Positions 20,786-30,171 of a stretch of 64,000 bases of DNA are shown in pieces. The stretch comes from Candidatus Poribacteria bacterium (GTDB lineage Bacteria > Poribacteria > WGA-4E > WGA-3G). Every line of letters starts with the position of its first letter. The first letter of the stretch is position 1. The stretch spans positions 160,001-224,000 of the forward strand of contig CBDBFU010000013.1 of assembly GCA_965205025.1 (NCBI GenBank). The letters are read 5' to 3'. The notes under the pieces were generated by a model that worked only from the letters and a program-made list of their open reading frames with translations, searched no databases and was not told where the DNA came from. The position numbers and the translations under genes are program-made.

Positions 20786-21340
20786 GTGAACGATATATAT
20801 ATATTACACGAAATGCTTAAAAGCAGTGTGCGGGTTCCACTCCAACAAAAAGGGAATCAGTTCGCTGTTAAACTAAATGACAATCAGAGTCAAACAACCG
20901 TGGAAATTACAAACCTTCCTGATAATACAGTTGTGATTAACACCGAAGTATTTGAACCGAGAAAAGTGATTTTTAACGGTTTAAAGGATGAACGGAGACG
21001 TGCAGATTTCGCAATTGTGTCAATCGAGAATACGAAAAAATGGATTATCTATATTGAAATTAAAAGTAGTAATTTAGATAAAGATAAAGTCATTGCACAA
21101 TTAAGAGGGGCGAAATGTGTAATCGACTACTACAAATCAGTGGGGAGAGAATTCTGGGCAGCTAACAACTTTCTTAAAGATTATGAATACCGATTTGTAG
21201 GTATAGCAGCACTTACCGAAAAGCAAAGCACACGGACTATGAAACCTGCTAACCAGTCTAAAACCCAATTACACGATAGTCCTGAAACTTTTCTCCCAAT
21301 TTTAGAACAAAACAGATTGTATTTTAAAGAATTGATTTGA
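20786..21340 (+). CDS. Putative PD-(D/E)XK-like nuclease, partner of the upstream ATPase
   Basis: RRADF...IYIEIKS (D...ExK) followed by AQL; 5 nt after the ATPase stop. Confidence 0.55.
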   Translation: MNDIYILHEMLKSSVRVPLQQKGNQFAVKLNDNQSQTTVEITNLPDNTVVINTEVFEPRKVIFNGLKDERRRADFAIVSIENTKKWIIYIEIKSSNLDKDKVIAQLRGAKCVIDYYKSVGREFWAANNFLKDYEYRFVGIAALTEKQSTRTMKPANQSKTQLHDSPETFLPILEQNRLYFKELI

Positions 21341-21459
21341 TAACAGATATACATCAGAGACAGTAGGTTAACAAAATCAGGAAATTCGGATTAAAGTGTG
21401 ATATGATCACATCATAGAGACTTTAATTTAGAGGGAATATAAAGCGGAGATCATCATTT

Positions 21460-23019
21460 ATGATAGAAAGACGGTTAAGAGAACTCTGGGATAGTCTACA
21501 AGGCAAAAAACCGCATCTACCGCATTTTCTGTCAGAGATTTATTTAGATGGGATTCGTGGACTTGACGATTTGCGAGTATTGTTTGATTATCCAGTGAGT
21601 GTTATTGCAGGTGGAAACGCCACTGGTAAGTCAACAGTACTGTTTGCTGCAGCATGTGCATATAAGGTGCCAGGAGCAGGGATTAAAGATTTCGTTCCAT
21701 CAACACTTTTTCCATACTATAGTCCTAAACTCGGGGACCGTCAGGATATACTACAAAGAATAACGCTGGAATTCAATTATCAGACTCCAGACGGAATACG
21801 TTCCATGCGATGGCGACGTAACAAGGGTTGGAATCGAAGTTTCTTTGGTCGTCAAAATGCCAGTCAACCGGAGCGACCGGTTTATCTCAGAACCCTTAGC
21901 AATCTGAGTAACCCCTCAGAGGTACGAGGCTTTCTTAATAGCATGTCGCGACTAAAAACTAACCCTCAAGAAACAGCGTTGACCCCCTCACAAATTGAAT
22001 TCGTACACCAGATGCTTCCCTTTAGGTATTCGGAGGTGGTAGATCTATCTGACGGTAAAAAGAATCTCCTCTTTGCTGCCCAAGAAGGTGGTGCTGTTTA
22101 TTCTGAACTTCAAATGGCTGCAGGTGAACGTGCCCTGTTACGATTGTCAAAAGAGATCGCCCAGTTTGATGGGGCACTCGTCCTAATTGATGAAGTAGAA
22201 GCAGGACTGCATCCTTGGGTGCAGCAGCTACTTATGTTACACTTACAACAATTAGCACTCCGCAATGATCTGCAAATCATCGTAACCTCACACAGTCCAG
22301 TTATTCTGGACGCGGTTCCAGCACATGGGCGTATTTTTCTTGACCGGGATGAAGAATCAGGCAAGATTATTGTCCGTCCTCCCTATCGTGATGTGATTCA
22401 GAACGCACTTTATGGACGTTCCAGTGAAGTCATGAAACTGCTCTGTGAAGACGAGATCGCTGAGGGCATTTTAAAAGGTGTGTTTGATTTACTATTGTCA
22501 AAGGAGAGAATCAAGTGGGAATCGGTTAAGATTGGACGGGATACAGGCGCAAGTGAGTTCCCGATGCACGCCCGGGCTTTGGCAAAATTTGGTCAACTTC
22601 AGAATACTATCTTTGTTCTTGATGGTGACCAGCAAGATGGGGAAATCGCACAGAAAATACAAGCAGCAGGGGGCGGCATCAATATCCCTATACTGTTCTT
22701 ACCCGGTAGCGATGCACCGGAAAATTGGGTATGGGACAAACTTCAACAAATCTCTGCCGCTGATGCAGCCCAATTGGGTACCAATTCAGGTGTTCTATCT
22801 AATTTAATGGAGCAATTAGATGCGACTTATGCACCGGTGTCCGAATCACCAGAAACACCCAAAACTAAATTTCTTACCTTATCCGAGCATTTGAGCAGGG
22901 AGGCACCAGAGGTATGTCGAATCGTCGCAAGGTTAGAGGCGGAGCGAAAGGAAAGTGATATTCAACCTTTTGTAGAAGAATTACAGCGTGTTTTGTTGCA
23001 GTGGCGGGAGTGGTCATAG
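21460..23019 (+). CDS. ABC ATPase with C-terminal TOPRIM-like domain (OLD-like nuclease)
   Basis: GGNATGKS, MAAGE signature, LIDEVEAGLHP, TSHS; LLCEDE and VLDGD TOPRIM-like motifs. Confidence 0.75.
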   Translation: MIERRLRELWDSLQGKKPHLPHFLSEIYLDGIRGLDDLRVLFDYPVSVIAGGNATGKSTVLFAAACAYKVPGAGIKDFVPSTLFPYYSPKLGDRQDILQRITLEFNYQTPDGIRSMRWRRNKGWNRSFFGRQNASQPERPVYLRTLSNLSNPSEVRGFLNSMSRLKTNPQETALTPSQIEFVHQMLPFRYSEVVDLSDGKKNLLFAAQEGGAVYSELQMAAGERALLRLSKEIAQFDGALVLIDEVEAGLHPWVQQLLMLHLQQLALRNDLQIIVTSHSPVILDAVPAHGRIFLDRDEESGKIIVRPPYRDVIQNALYGRSSEVMKLLCEDEIAEGILKGVFDLLLSKERIKWESVKIGRDTGASEFPMHARALAKFGQLQNTIFVLDGDQQDGEIAQKIQAAGGGINIPILFLPGSDAPENWVWDKLQQISAADAAQLGTNSGVLSNLMEQLDATYAPVSESPETPKTKFLTLSEHLSREAPEVCRIVARLEAERKESDIQPFVEELQRVLLQWREWS

Positions 23020-23038
23020 GAATCAACATAAAATAATC

Positions 23039-23566
23039 ATGAGTACCATCCGTATTTTCATCAGCAGCGTCCAAACCGAATTTGCACAAGAAAGAATAAC
23101 ACTGCGCGACTTTCTGCAAAACGACCCATTGATGCGACGGTTTTTTGATGTCTTTCTGTTTGAGGACGTGCCAGCATCAGATCGTCGTCCAGATGAACTC
23201 TATCTGGATGAAGTTAGTCAAAGTGATCTTTATATAGGCTTGTTCGGCAACGACTACGGAAACGAGGACAAAGAAGGCATATCACCGACAGAACGAGAAT
23301 TCGATCAAGCAACCACCTCCGGCATCCATCGGCTCATTTTCGTGAAAGGGACAGCTGACGGTCCAATGTCAAAATCCAAAATACTCATAAAGTTAGGACA
23401 CAAGAAAATCTCAGGTCAACTCAAAAAAGTTGTCCGCAGCCTTTTGGCTGAGGGACTCATCGAATACACACTGCCAGACAAACTCAGGAGTCCACGGCAA
23501 CTGTACCGCTTGACTGACAAAGGAAAAACTGAACTATCGAATCTGAAATCAGAGAAAGTGGTTTAA
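23039..23566 (+). CDS. DUF4062 domain fused directly to a C-terminal wHTH; probably internally deleted
   Basis: IFISSVQTEFAQER, YIGLFGNDYG, SPTEREF; abrupt switch to LIEYTLPDKLRSPRQLYRLT. Confidence 0.65.
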   Translation: MSTIRIFISSVQTEFAQERITLRDFLQNDPLMRRFFDVFLFEDVPASDRRPDELYLDEVSQSDLYIGLFGNDYGNEDKEGISPTEREFDQATTSGIHRLIFVKGTADGPMSKSKILIKLGHKKISGQLKKVVRSLLAEGLIEYTLPDKLRSPRQLYRLTDKGKTELSNLKSEKVV

Positions 23567-23782
23567 GCAACAACTTTTCTGCAACATGGGCTGCAGCCCA
23601 TGTTTGCAGCCCATGTTGCAGTATAAGATGCAGTATAAGTAAAGTATAAGTAGGGTTATCTAGTTTTACTTGGTTTGAACATTTTAAGCCGTAGTCATGC
23701 TATATTTTCAATGATATTTATATTACTGTTTGTAATACACACTAATCATACTTAAAGAAAATACTTCAATATGATACATTAC

Positions 23783-24098
23783 AAGCCCCGGTGAATGCCA
23801 TACGCGCATTCATACCGTTGATTCGAGGGCGAAATGTGTGTAGAAAACAGTGAAACCCACCAACAAAGCCCCAGAGGGGCGAAATGTGTGTAGAAAACAG
23901 TGAAACCCACCAACAAAGCCCCAGAGGGGCGAAATGTGTGTAGAAAACAGTGAAACCCACCAACAAAGCCCCAGAGGGGCGAAATGTTTATAGAAAATCT
24001 ATGAAAAACCTAAACTGAGTCCCGTAGGGACGGAATGTCTATAGAAAAAGAATCAGTTAACAAATGAGTCCCGTAGGGACGGAATGTCTATAGAAAAG
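23783..24098 (+). repeat. Tandem REP-like array: 49-bp unit x3 (GGGCGAAATGTGTGTAGAAAACAGTGAAACCCACCAACAAAGCCCCAGA) plus two GAGTCCCGTAGGGACGGAATGTCTATAGAAAA units
   Basis: Direct repeats; the same families recur at 36631-36737 and 60868-61110. Confidence 0.85.
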
Positions 24099-24316
24099 CA
24101 ATTAAACTTTTAGTTTGAGTGTCTACCAAATCAACGTCAAATGTGTGTGTGGTATTTATCTGTATTAAAAATAGAAGATGTTTATTCTTAAATTGACGCC
24201 TATAGTGCGGTTTTCCAACCGCACGGCAGCAGATATATAATTAATTCTAAAATCTATCATAGATTAGATGCGGTTAGGAAACCGCATCTACCTGGATCAG
24301 GTATGAGGTCACAGAC

Positions 24317-27300
24317 ATGAACACCGTCGGTGATAGAGAAAGACAGGTACAGGGCAGACTTGTCACATTCTTTCAAGACACATTAGGCTACACCTACCTC
24401 GGTGACTGGCAATCCCGCGAGAATAATAGCAACATTGATAATACTCTACTGACAGAATGGCTGCGCACACAGAGACATAACGATAGAATCATCAAAAAAG
24501 TTAGGGATAAACTGAAAAGAGCAGCAGATGTCGGCGGCACAAAAACCTTATATGACGCTAATCGTAAGATTTATGACCTATTGCGTTATGGTGCAAAGGT
24601 GCAACCAGATGCCGGACAACAAAACATCACCGTCAAATTGATAGACTGGAAAAATCCACTCAAAAACCACTTCGGCATTGCAGAAGAGGTAAACCTCCAA
24701 TCCCAAAACACCAACAAACGGCCCGATATCGTACTATACATCAACGGCATTGCAATCGGTGTGTTGGAGTTGAAACGTTCTACCGTATCAGTCTCTGAAG
24801 GCATTCGTCAGAACATCGCAAACCAAGAGATGGAAAACATCGGACGGTTTTTCAGTACAGTGCAGATTCTGATGGCAGGTAGCGAATCACAAGGTATACG
24901 TTATAGTGTCATAAACACAGAAGAGAAATACTGGCTACAGTGGAAGGAAGCAGAGGCACATTCAGACCCCGGTGACAATCTTTTACATAGAGATGCAAGT
25001 CAACTCTGTGAGAAAACTCGACTTCTTGAAATCCTACACGACTTCATCGTCTTTGATGGGGATACAAAGAAAATATGCCGACATAATCAATACTTCAGTG
25101 TGAAGGCCGCCCAAGAGAAAGTGCAAAAACGTGAAGGTGGCATCATCTGGAACACGCAGGGCAGCGGGAAAAGTTTGACGATGGTCTGGTTAGCAAAATG
25201 GATATTGGAACACAATGCAAACGCACGCGTGCTCATCATTACCGATCGAACCGAACTTGACGATCAAATTGAAGGTGTGTTTCAAGGTGTCAACGAGAAA
25301 ATCAAACGTACGAAAAGTGGACGGCACATGTTGCGGGTGCTTGGAAATTCTACAGATAGACTCATCTGCTCACTTGTACATAAGTTCCGTACTTCACCCA
25401 ACAACACATCTGATATTGACGACTATGTAGCAGATATTGAGGGATTAAGGCAAGGTGATTTTCAACCAAAAGGCGAAATCTATGTCTTTGTGGACGAATG
25501 CCACCGCACACAGTCCGGCAAACTACATAGAGCGATGAAAACCCTTTTACCCGATTCTGTTCTCATCGGATTTACAGGCACACCACTCCTCAGAACCGAC
25601 AAAGAGCAGAGCATTGATATCTTTGGTCCATATATCCACACCTACAAATATGACGATGGGGTTCGCGATAATGTCATTTTAGATCTCCGCTATGAAGCAC
25701 GGGACATTGACCAAAACATCAGATCATCGGAAGAAATAGATCAGTATTTTGATGACAAGACCCAAAGACTAACGGATACAGCAAAGGCACAACTTAGACA
25801 ACGTTGGGGAACTATGTTAAATGTAGAAAGTTCAAGGGAACGGTTAGAGAGAATTGTTGCTGATATAGTGGTTGATATGGATACGCGTCCACGGTTAATG
25901 AGTGGACGCGGGAATGCTATGCTAATTGCAAATAGCATCTATTCTGCATGTCGATTTTACGATCTGTTTCAAAATACAACATTAAAAAGAAAATGTGCAG
26001 TCGTCACATCGTATGATCCTGTCGCTGAACCTAACAGACAACAGGAACATAACACCTATAGGAAAATGCTCTCGGTATATTTCAACGAACCCGAAGATAG
26101 GGCAATGCATAGAACGGAAGAATTTGAGAAAGCGGTCAAAAAGGATTTTATTGATAAACCTGCGGAGATGAAACTGCTCATCGTGGTCGACAAACTCCTC
26201 ACAGGTTTTGATGCTCCACCAGCTACTTATCTTTACATTGATAAGAATATGCAAGATCACGGTCTGTTTCAAGCGATCTGTCGTGTCAATCGACTTGATG
26301 GCGATGATAAAGATTTCGGTTATATTATTGATTACAAAGATCTTTTCCGATCACTAAGGCAGGCGATCACGGACTATACTGGAGAGGCGTTTGCAAACTT
26401 TGAACAAGAAGATGTTGCGGGATTGTTGAAGAATCGTCTTCAAAAAGGGAAAGAACGTTTGGACGAAGCACGTGACAAAATCATAGGTTTGTGTGAGCCT
26501 GTTGACCCACCTAAAGATACCCCAGACTACATCCGTTATTTCTGTTGTGAAGAGATCGGTAACGATGCACAAATTAGAGCCAATGAACCGAAACGGCTAC
26601 AACTTTATAAACAAACAGCAGATTTCGTGCGTGCCTACGCCAACATTGCGAATGAGATGATTAAGGCGGGTTACACAGAAGCCGTAGCAGATGAAATAGA
26701 AAACGAAGTGTCATACTACGAGGATGTTTGCCAAACGATAAAATTGGCAAGTGGTGATAGGGTTGACCTGAAAGCATACGAACCCGATATGCGTCAACTA
26801 CTGGATACATATATAGAGGCTGCTGATACTGAGAGCATCTCAACTTTCGACAATACACCCCTCGTTGAGCTGCTTGTTGACAACAGGGAGGACACAATTG
26901 CATCACTACCTGAAGGCATCCGTGACAGTGAAGATGCAGTCGCATCAACAATCGCGAACAACGTCCGTAGGTTTATCGTTGACAGGTTGGACATCAATCC
27001 GAGATATTATGAAGAATTATCAAATTTACTTGATGAATTGATCCATGAACGTAGACAGGGAGCGTTGGATTATCATGAGTATCTGTCTCAGATAGCTGAT
27101 TTAAGCGAACAGGTTAGAGAACCTGAACGGCATCGTGAATATCCCGATGATATTAACACTGCCCCATGCAGAGCAATATATGACAACTTAGACAATGTGC
27201 CATCAGAACGACGGGAAGCGGCGGCAATTGCTCTGGACAATGCCGTCCGTAACGCAATCAGGGACAATTGGAGAGGAAATGTATTCAAAGAACGACGTAT

Positions 27301-27400
27301 CAAAAGAGCCATTGAGAACGTAATTCAAGACGAGTTGAGTGATCTTGAAATTGAAGTTGATGTTATCTTTGAACTTGTAAAAAACCAAGATGAGTACTAA
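24317..27400 (+). CDS. hsdR: Type I R-M restriction subunit
   Basis: RPDIVLYINGIAIGVLELK nuclease motif; QGSGKS; DECH; FTGTP; LTGFDAP; QAICRVNR. Confidence 0.95.
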   Translation: MNTVGDRERQVQGRLVTFFQDTLGYTYLGDWQSRENNSNIDNTLLTEWLRTQRHNDRIIKKVRDKLKRAADVGGTKTLYDANRKIYDLLRYGAKVQPDAGQQNITVKLIDWKNPLKNHFGIAEEVNLQSQNTNKRPDIVLYINGIAIGVLELKRSTVSVSEGIRQNIANQEMENIGRFFSTVQILMAGSESQGIRYSVINTEEKYWLQWKEAEAHSDPGDNLLHRDASQLCEKTRLLEILHDFIVFDGDTKKICRHNQYFSVKAAQEKVQKREGGIIWNTQGSGKSLTMVWLAKWILEHNANARVLIITDRTELDDQIEGVFQGVNEKIKRTKSGRHMLRVLGNSTDRLICSLVHKFRTSPNNTSDIDDYVADIEGLRQGDFQPKGEIYVFVDECHRTQSGKLHRAMKTLLPDSVLIGFTGTPLLRTDKEQSIDIFGPYIHTYKYDDGVRDNVILDLRYEARDIDQNIRSSEEIDQYFDDKTQRLTDTAKAQLRQRWGTMLNVESSRERLERIVADIVVDMDTRPRLMSGRGNAMLIANSIYSACRFYDLFQNTTLKRKCAVVTSYDPVAEPNRQQEHNTYRKMLSVYFNEPEDRAMHRTEEFEKAVKKDFIDKPAEMKLLIVVDKLLTGFDAPPATYLYIDKNMQDHGLFQAICRVNRLDGDDKDFGYIIDYKDLFRSLRQAITDYTGEAFANFEQEDVAGLLKNRLQKGKERLDEARDKIIGLCEPVDPPKDTPDYIRYFCCEEIGNDAQIRANEPKRLQLYKQTADFVRAYANIANEMIKAGYTEAVADEIENEVSYYEDVCQTIKLASGDRVDLKAYEPDMRQLLDTYIEAADTESISTFDNTPLVELLVDNREDTIASLPEGIRDSEDAVASTIANNVRRFIVDRLDINPRYYEELSNLLDELIHERRQGALDYHEYLSQIADLSEQVREPERHREYPDDINTAPCRAIYDNLDNVPSERREAAAIALDNAVRNAIRDNWRGNVFKERRIKRAIENVIQDELSDLEIEVDVIFELVKNQDEY

Positions 27401-28124
27401 AGTAAATAGTTTTAATATAAAGGTAAATGATCTCTCAATTGATGTTATCCAAAAAGACATCAAACATTTCTACATCGGTGTCCATCCACCGAATGGACAG
27501 GTACGTGTATCTGCCCCTCTGCGATTTGATGATGATACTATACGGCTGGCAATCATCTCACGTTTGGGATGGATTCGTAAGAAACAAGCGGAATTTGAAA
27601 AACAGGAACGTCAATCCGAACGCGAATTCGTTTCCGGGGAAAGCCACTATTTTGAAGGTAAACGTTATCGTCTGGACGTAATCGAAAGTGATTGTAAACC
27701 TAAAGTTCAGTTGCTTAATAATACACGTATAGGGTTCACCGTTCGTCCAGGAGCAGATAGAGATAAAAGAGAAGAGATCTTCCATGCATGGTATAGAGAA
27801 CATCTACGTTCCCAAATCCCACCACTCATTGACAAATGGGAAGAAAAGATGGATGTATCTGTAAACGATGTGCGTATTAGAAAAATGAAAACACAGTGGG
27901 GATCTTGTAATATTGAGGCAAAACGTATCTGGCTTAATCTTGAACTCGCTAAAAAACCACATACCTGTTTAATTTATGTATTAGTCCACGAAATGACACA
28001 CCTTCATGAACGCCACCATAATGACCGTTTTCGAGAGTTAATGGACACCTTTCTACCCCAATGGCGTTCGTATCGGGATGAACTCAACAGAGCACCTCTC
28101 GCCTATGAGAATTGGCGATATTGA
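27390..28124 (+). CDS. YgjP-like (DUF45/M48/SprT-like) zinc metalloprotein that commonly follows hsdR
   Basis: MKTQWGSC, VHEMTHLHERHHNDRF. Confidence 0.9.
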   Translation: MSTKVNSFNIKVNDLSIDVIQKDIKHFYIGVHPPNGQVRVSAPLRFDDDTIRLAIISRLGWIRKKQAEFEKQERQSEREFVSGESHYFEGKRYRLDVIESDCKPKVQLLNNTRIGFTVRPGADRDKREEIFHAWYREHLRSQIPPLIDKWEEKMDVSVNDVRIRKMKTQWGSCNIEAKRIWLNLELAKKPHTCLIYVLVHEMTHLHERHHNDRFRELMDTFLPQWRSYRDELNRAPLAYENWRY

Positions 28125-28938
28125 TACATTTGCATCCTTCCTGATGCTAATCGTATTTTCACTTCTTTACCTAACAACCCCAACTTATGGACAGACAGAA
28201 TATCCGTTTGAAACAGCGCGTCCCCATTATGTGGGGGCACGTGCATTAGCAATGGGGAATGCCTTCACTGCAGTCGCAGATGATGCTACTGCAGGTTTTT
28301 GGAATCCAGCTGGAATGATCCAATGGGAAGGTGTTAAACTCTTCGGTGTTACAAAACTACATGATCGTCATTTTTACAGATTTGATCCTAAAGGTGTCGG
28401 ATTCAGTTGGCGTGGTAATAGTCTGTATTGGGGAAATAAAATCGCTATTGATGTACCAAGTGGTGTCCCTGATTTTAACTATTACAGTATTGCTCGGAAA
28501 CTCGGGCCATATCTTGCTGCAGGTGGCAGTTTGAAATTCAAACGTAGACATCCATCGGATTATTATCAGTTCTTTGGGTACCATACATCCTACGATATTG
28601 GTTTACTATTTAAACCGCGTCCAGAATTGAAGTTTGGTTGTTTATTGCAAAATCTTGAGGGAAACAGGATACAATGGATTACAATGGGAAGCACATACCT
28701 ATATTCTTCATACCTATTCAGCGTAGATATTGCGTTTTCTACTGAGGATACGGAAACAGAGTATTACCTCGGTGTAGAATGGTCTCCTTATTCTTTCTTT
28801 TCTGTGCGAGTTGGAAGTTCAAACGGGGTGATCACAGGTGGATTCGGTCTTAGGATCATTGATGTGTACTTTCATTATGCTCGAATTTATGAACCCCGTT
28901 TTGTGTCTCATTACATTTCGGCAGAATTGCATTTTTAA
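28105..28938 (+). CDS. PorV/PorQ/UPF0164-like outer-membrane beta-barrel protein
   Basis: GARALAMGNAFTAVADDATAGFWNPAG; alternating aromatic strands; C-terminal Phe; start uncertain. Confidence 0.65.
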   Translation: MRIGDIDTFASFLMLIVFSLLYLTTPTYGQTEYPFETARPHYVGARALAMGNAFTAVADDATAGFWNPAGMIQWEGVKLFGVTKLHDRHFYRFDPKGVGFSWRGNSLYWGNKIAIDVPSGVPDFNYYSIARKLGPYLAAGGSLKFKRRHPSDYYQFFGYHTSYDIGLLFKPRPELKFGCLLQNLEGNRIQWITMGSTYLYSSYLFSVDIAFSTEDTETEYYLGVEWSPYSFFSVRVGSSNGVITGGFGLRIIDVYFHYARIYEPRFVSHYISAELHF

Positions 28939-29245
28939 TTATTATTCAGGACTTACGCATTTCATCTTAAAGTCCCCCTGATAAGGGGGATTTAGGGGGT
29001 TTCTTTAATTAACAATGGAGGATCATTATTTACAAATGGTATTAATTCACCTTTTTATCGTTTTTCATACTATTTTTCTCAACACAGAAGTAAAAGTGCA
29101 TCCGAAATTGTGTATAGATAGATATTGCTAATATTTTATTTTTAGTGTATATTATTTCAGGATAAATAACGTATTTGATAACGAAATGCTGTTAAGGCAT
29201 TTTCATAACCAACCAAATAACAATTAATATAGGAGGTACCGGTTC

Positions 29246-29329
29246 ATGTTAGAACTTCAAAACACCACACGTAATCTGAACATATTGCGTTCAAGACGAT
29301 GGTGCCTCTGTCCATTCTCAAAACATTAA
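29246..29329 (+). CDS. Candidate 27-aa small ORF MLELQNTTRNLNILRSRRWCLCPFSKH
   Basis: Strong RBS AGGAGGT 8 nt upstream of the ATG; not in the ORF track. Confidence 0.3.
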   Translation: MLELQNTTRNLNILRSRRWCLCPFSKH

Positions 29330-29375
29330 TTTGAATGGCATAGGTACTACGTCTCACCTGAGGGAGTCGTTATCT

Positions 29376-29750
29376 ATGTCCAATTTTAATCCAGATTTTT
29401 GGGAAATTCCGGTCCCACCGGAATATTTTGACCAACTTACTACGGAAGACCACCTCTGGAATCAAGTATCATCTGATGATATAAAAAGTACGCGTCGTAC
29501 TAAAAGAAAAAAAGTCTTACGACAAATTCATCAGATTATTTCAAAGGAACTTACGACACGTCAAAATGATTGTGTTCAACTCTATTTTTATGAAGGGAAA
29601 ACACAAGAGGAAATAGGCGTAATCCTTGGTATTTCTCGAAGAGTCGTAAGTCAACACCTTTTTGGTGTAACCCGTGATGGGAGGAAGGTCGGCGGTGCAA
29701 TAAATAAAATACGAAAAGCGTGCCGTAAAATGGGAATACAATATCCGTAG
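29376..29750 (+). CDS. Sigma70 region-4 type HTH protein
   Basis: LTTRQNDCVQLYFYEGKTQEEIGVILGISRRVVSQHL; RBS GGGAG. Confidence 0.8.
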   Translation: MSNFNPDFWEIPVPPEYFDQLTTEDHLWNQVSSDDIKSTRRTKRKKVLRQIHQIISKELTTRQNDCVQLYFYEGKTQEEIGVILGISRRVVSQHLFGVTRDGRKVGGAINKIRKACRKMGIQYP

Positions 29751-29778
29751 GTAACCGATTTATATATAACAGAAATAT

Positions 29779-29824
29779 TAAATCCCGTGGGAATAAATTG
29801 GATCAATTTCTCTCACGGGATTTC
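29779..29824 (+). terminator. Probable intrinsic terminator
   Basis: AAATCCCGTGGGA...TCTCACGGGATTT inverted repeat after the HTH gene. Confidence 0.5.
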
Positions 29825-30171
29825 TCTAATTGGTAAAGACAATTTTAATTTGACATATATAATCTTTTTATGTTACCCTTATTATCAGTCAACGTATTAT
29901 CGTTATTTCTTGTTTTATACTTTACATGATTTGATTCTTTGACCTGGTATTTTACACTGATATAGTGACCCAGCAAGGTCAGTAAGGGTAAAACAATTAA
30001 TAAATAGAATACGTGCCGAAAAAATCCAATCTCGATGTATGAAGGTATTCTGCCTTTCTCCCGGTCCTTGGTGTTTCTACATCCAGGAATCCAATAGGTT
30101 GGTAATCTGGAATTTATCAGATTCATATATGGATATAGCTTGTAACCTTCTTATTGATTGAGGAGCGTTTC

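Noticed and set aside
23826-24098. Possible CRISPR array (~49-bp period repeats; also 60868-61110)
   Set aside because: The intervening sequences are identical or only ~15-17 nt, there are no cas genes, and the same units are dispersed as REP-like repeats
29845-30126. 93-aa minus-strand ORF upstream of the helical protein
   Set aside because: No RBS or recognisable motif; probably promoter DNA or a decayed fragment
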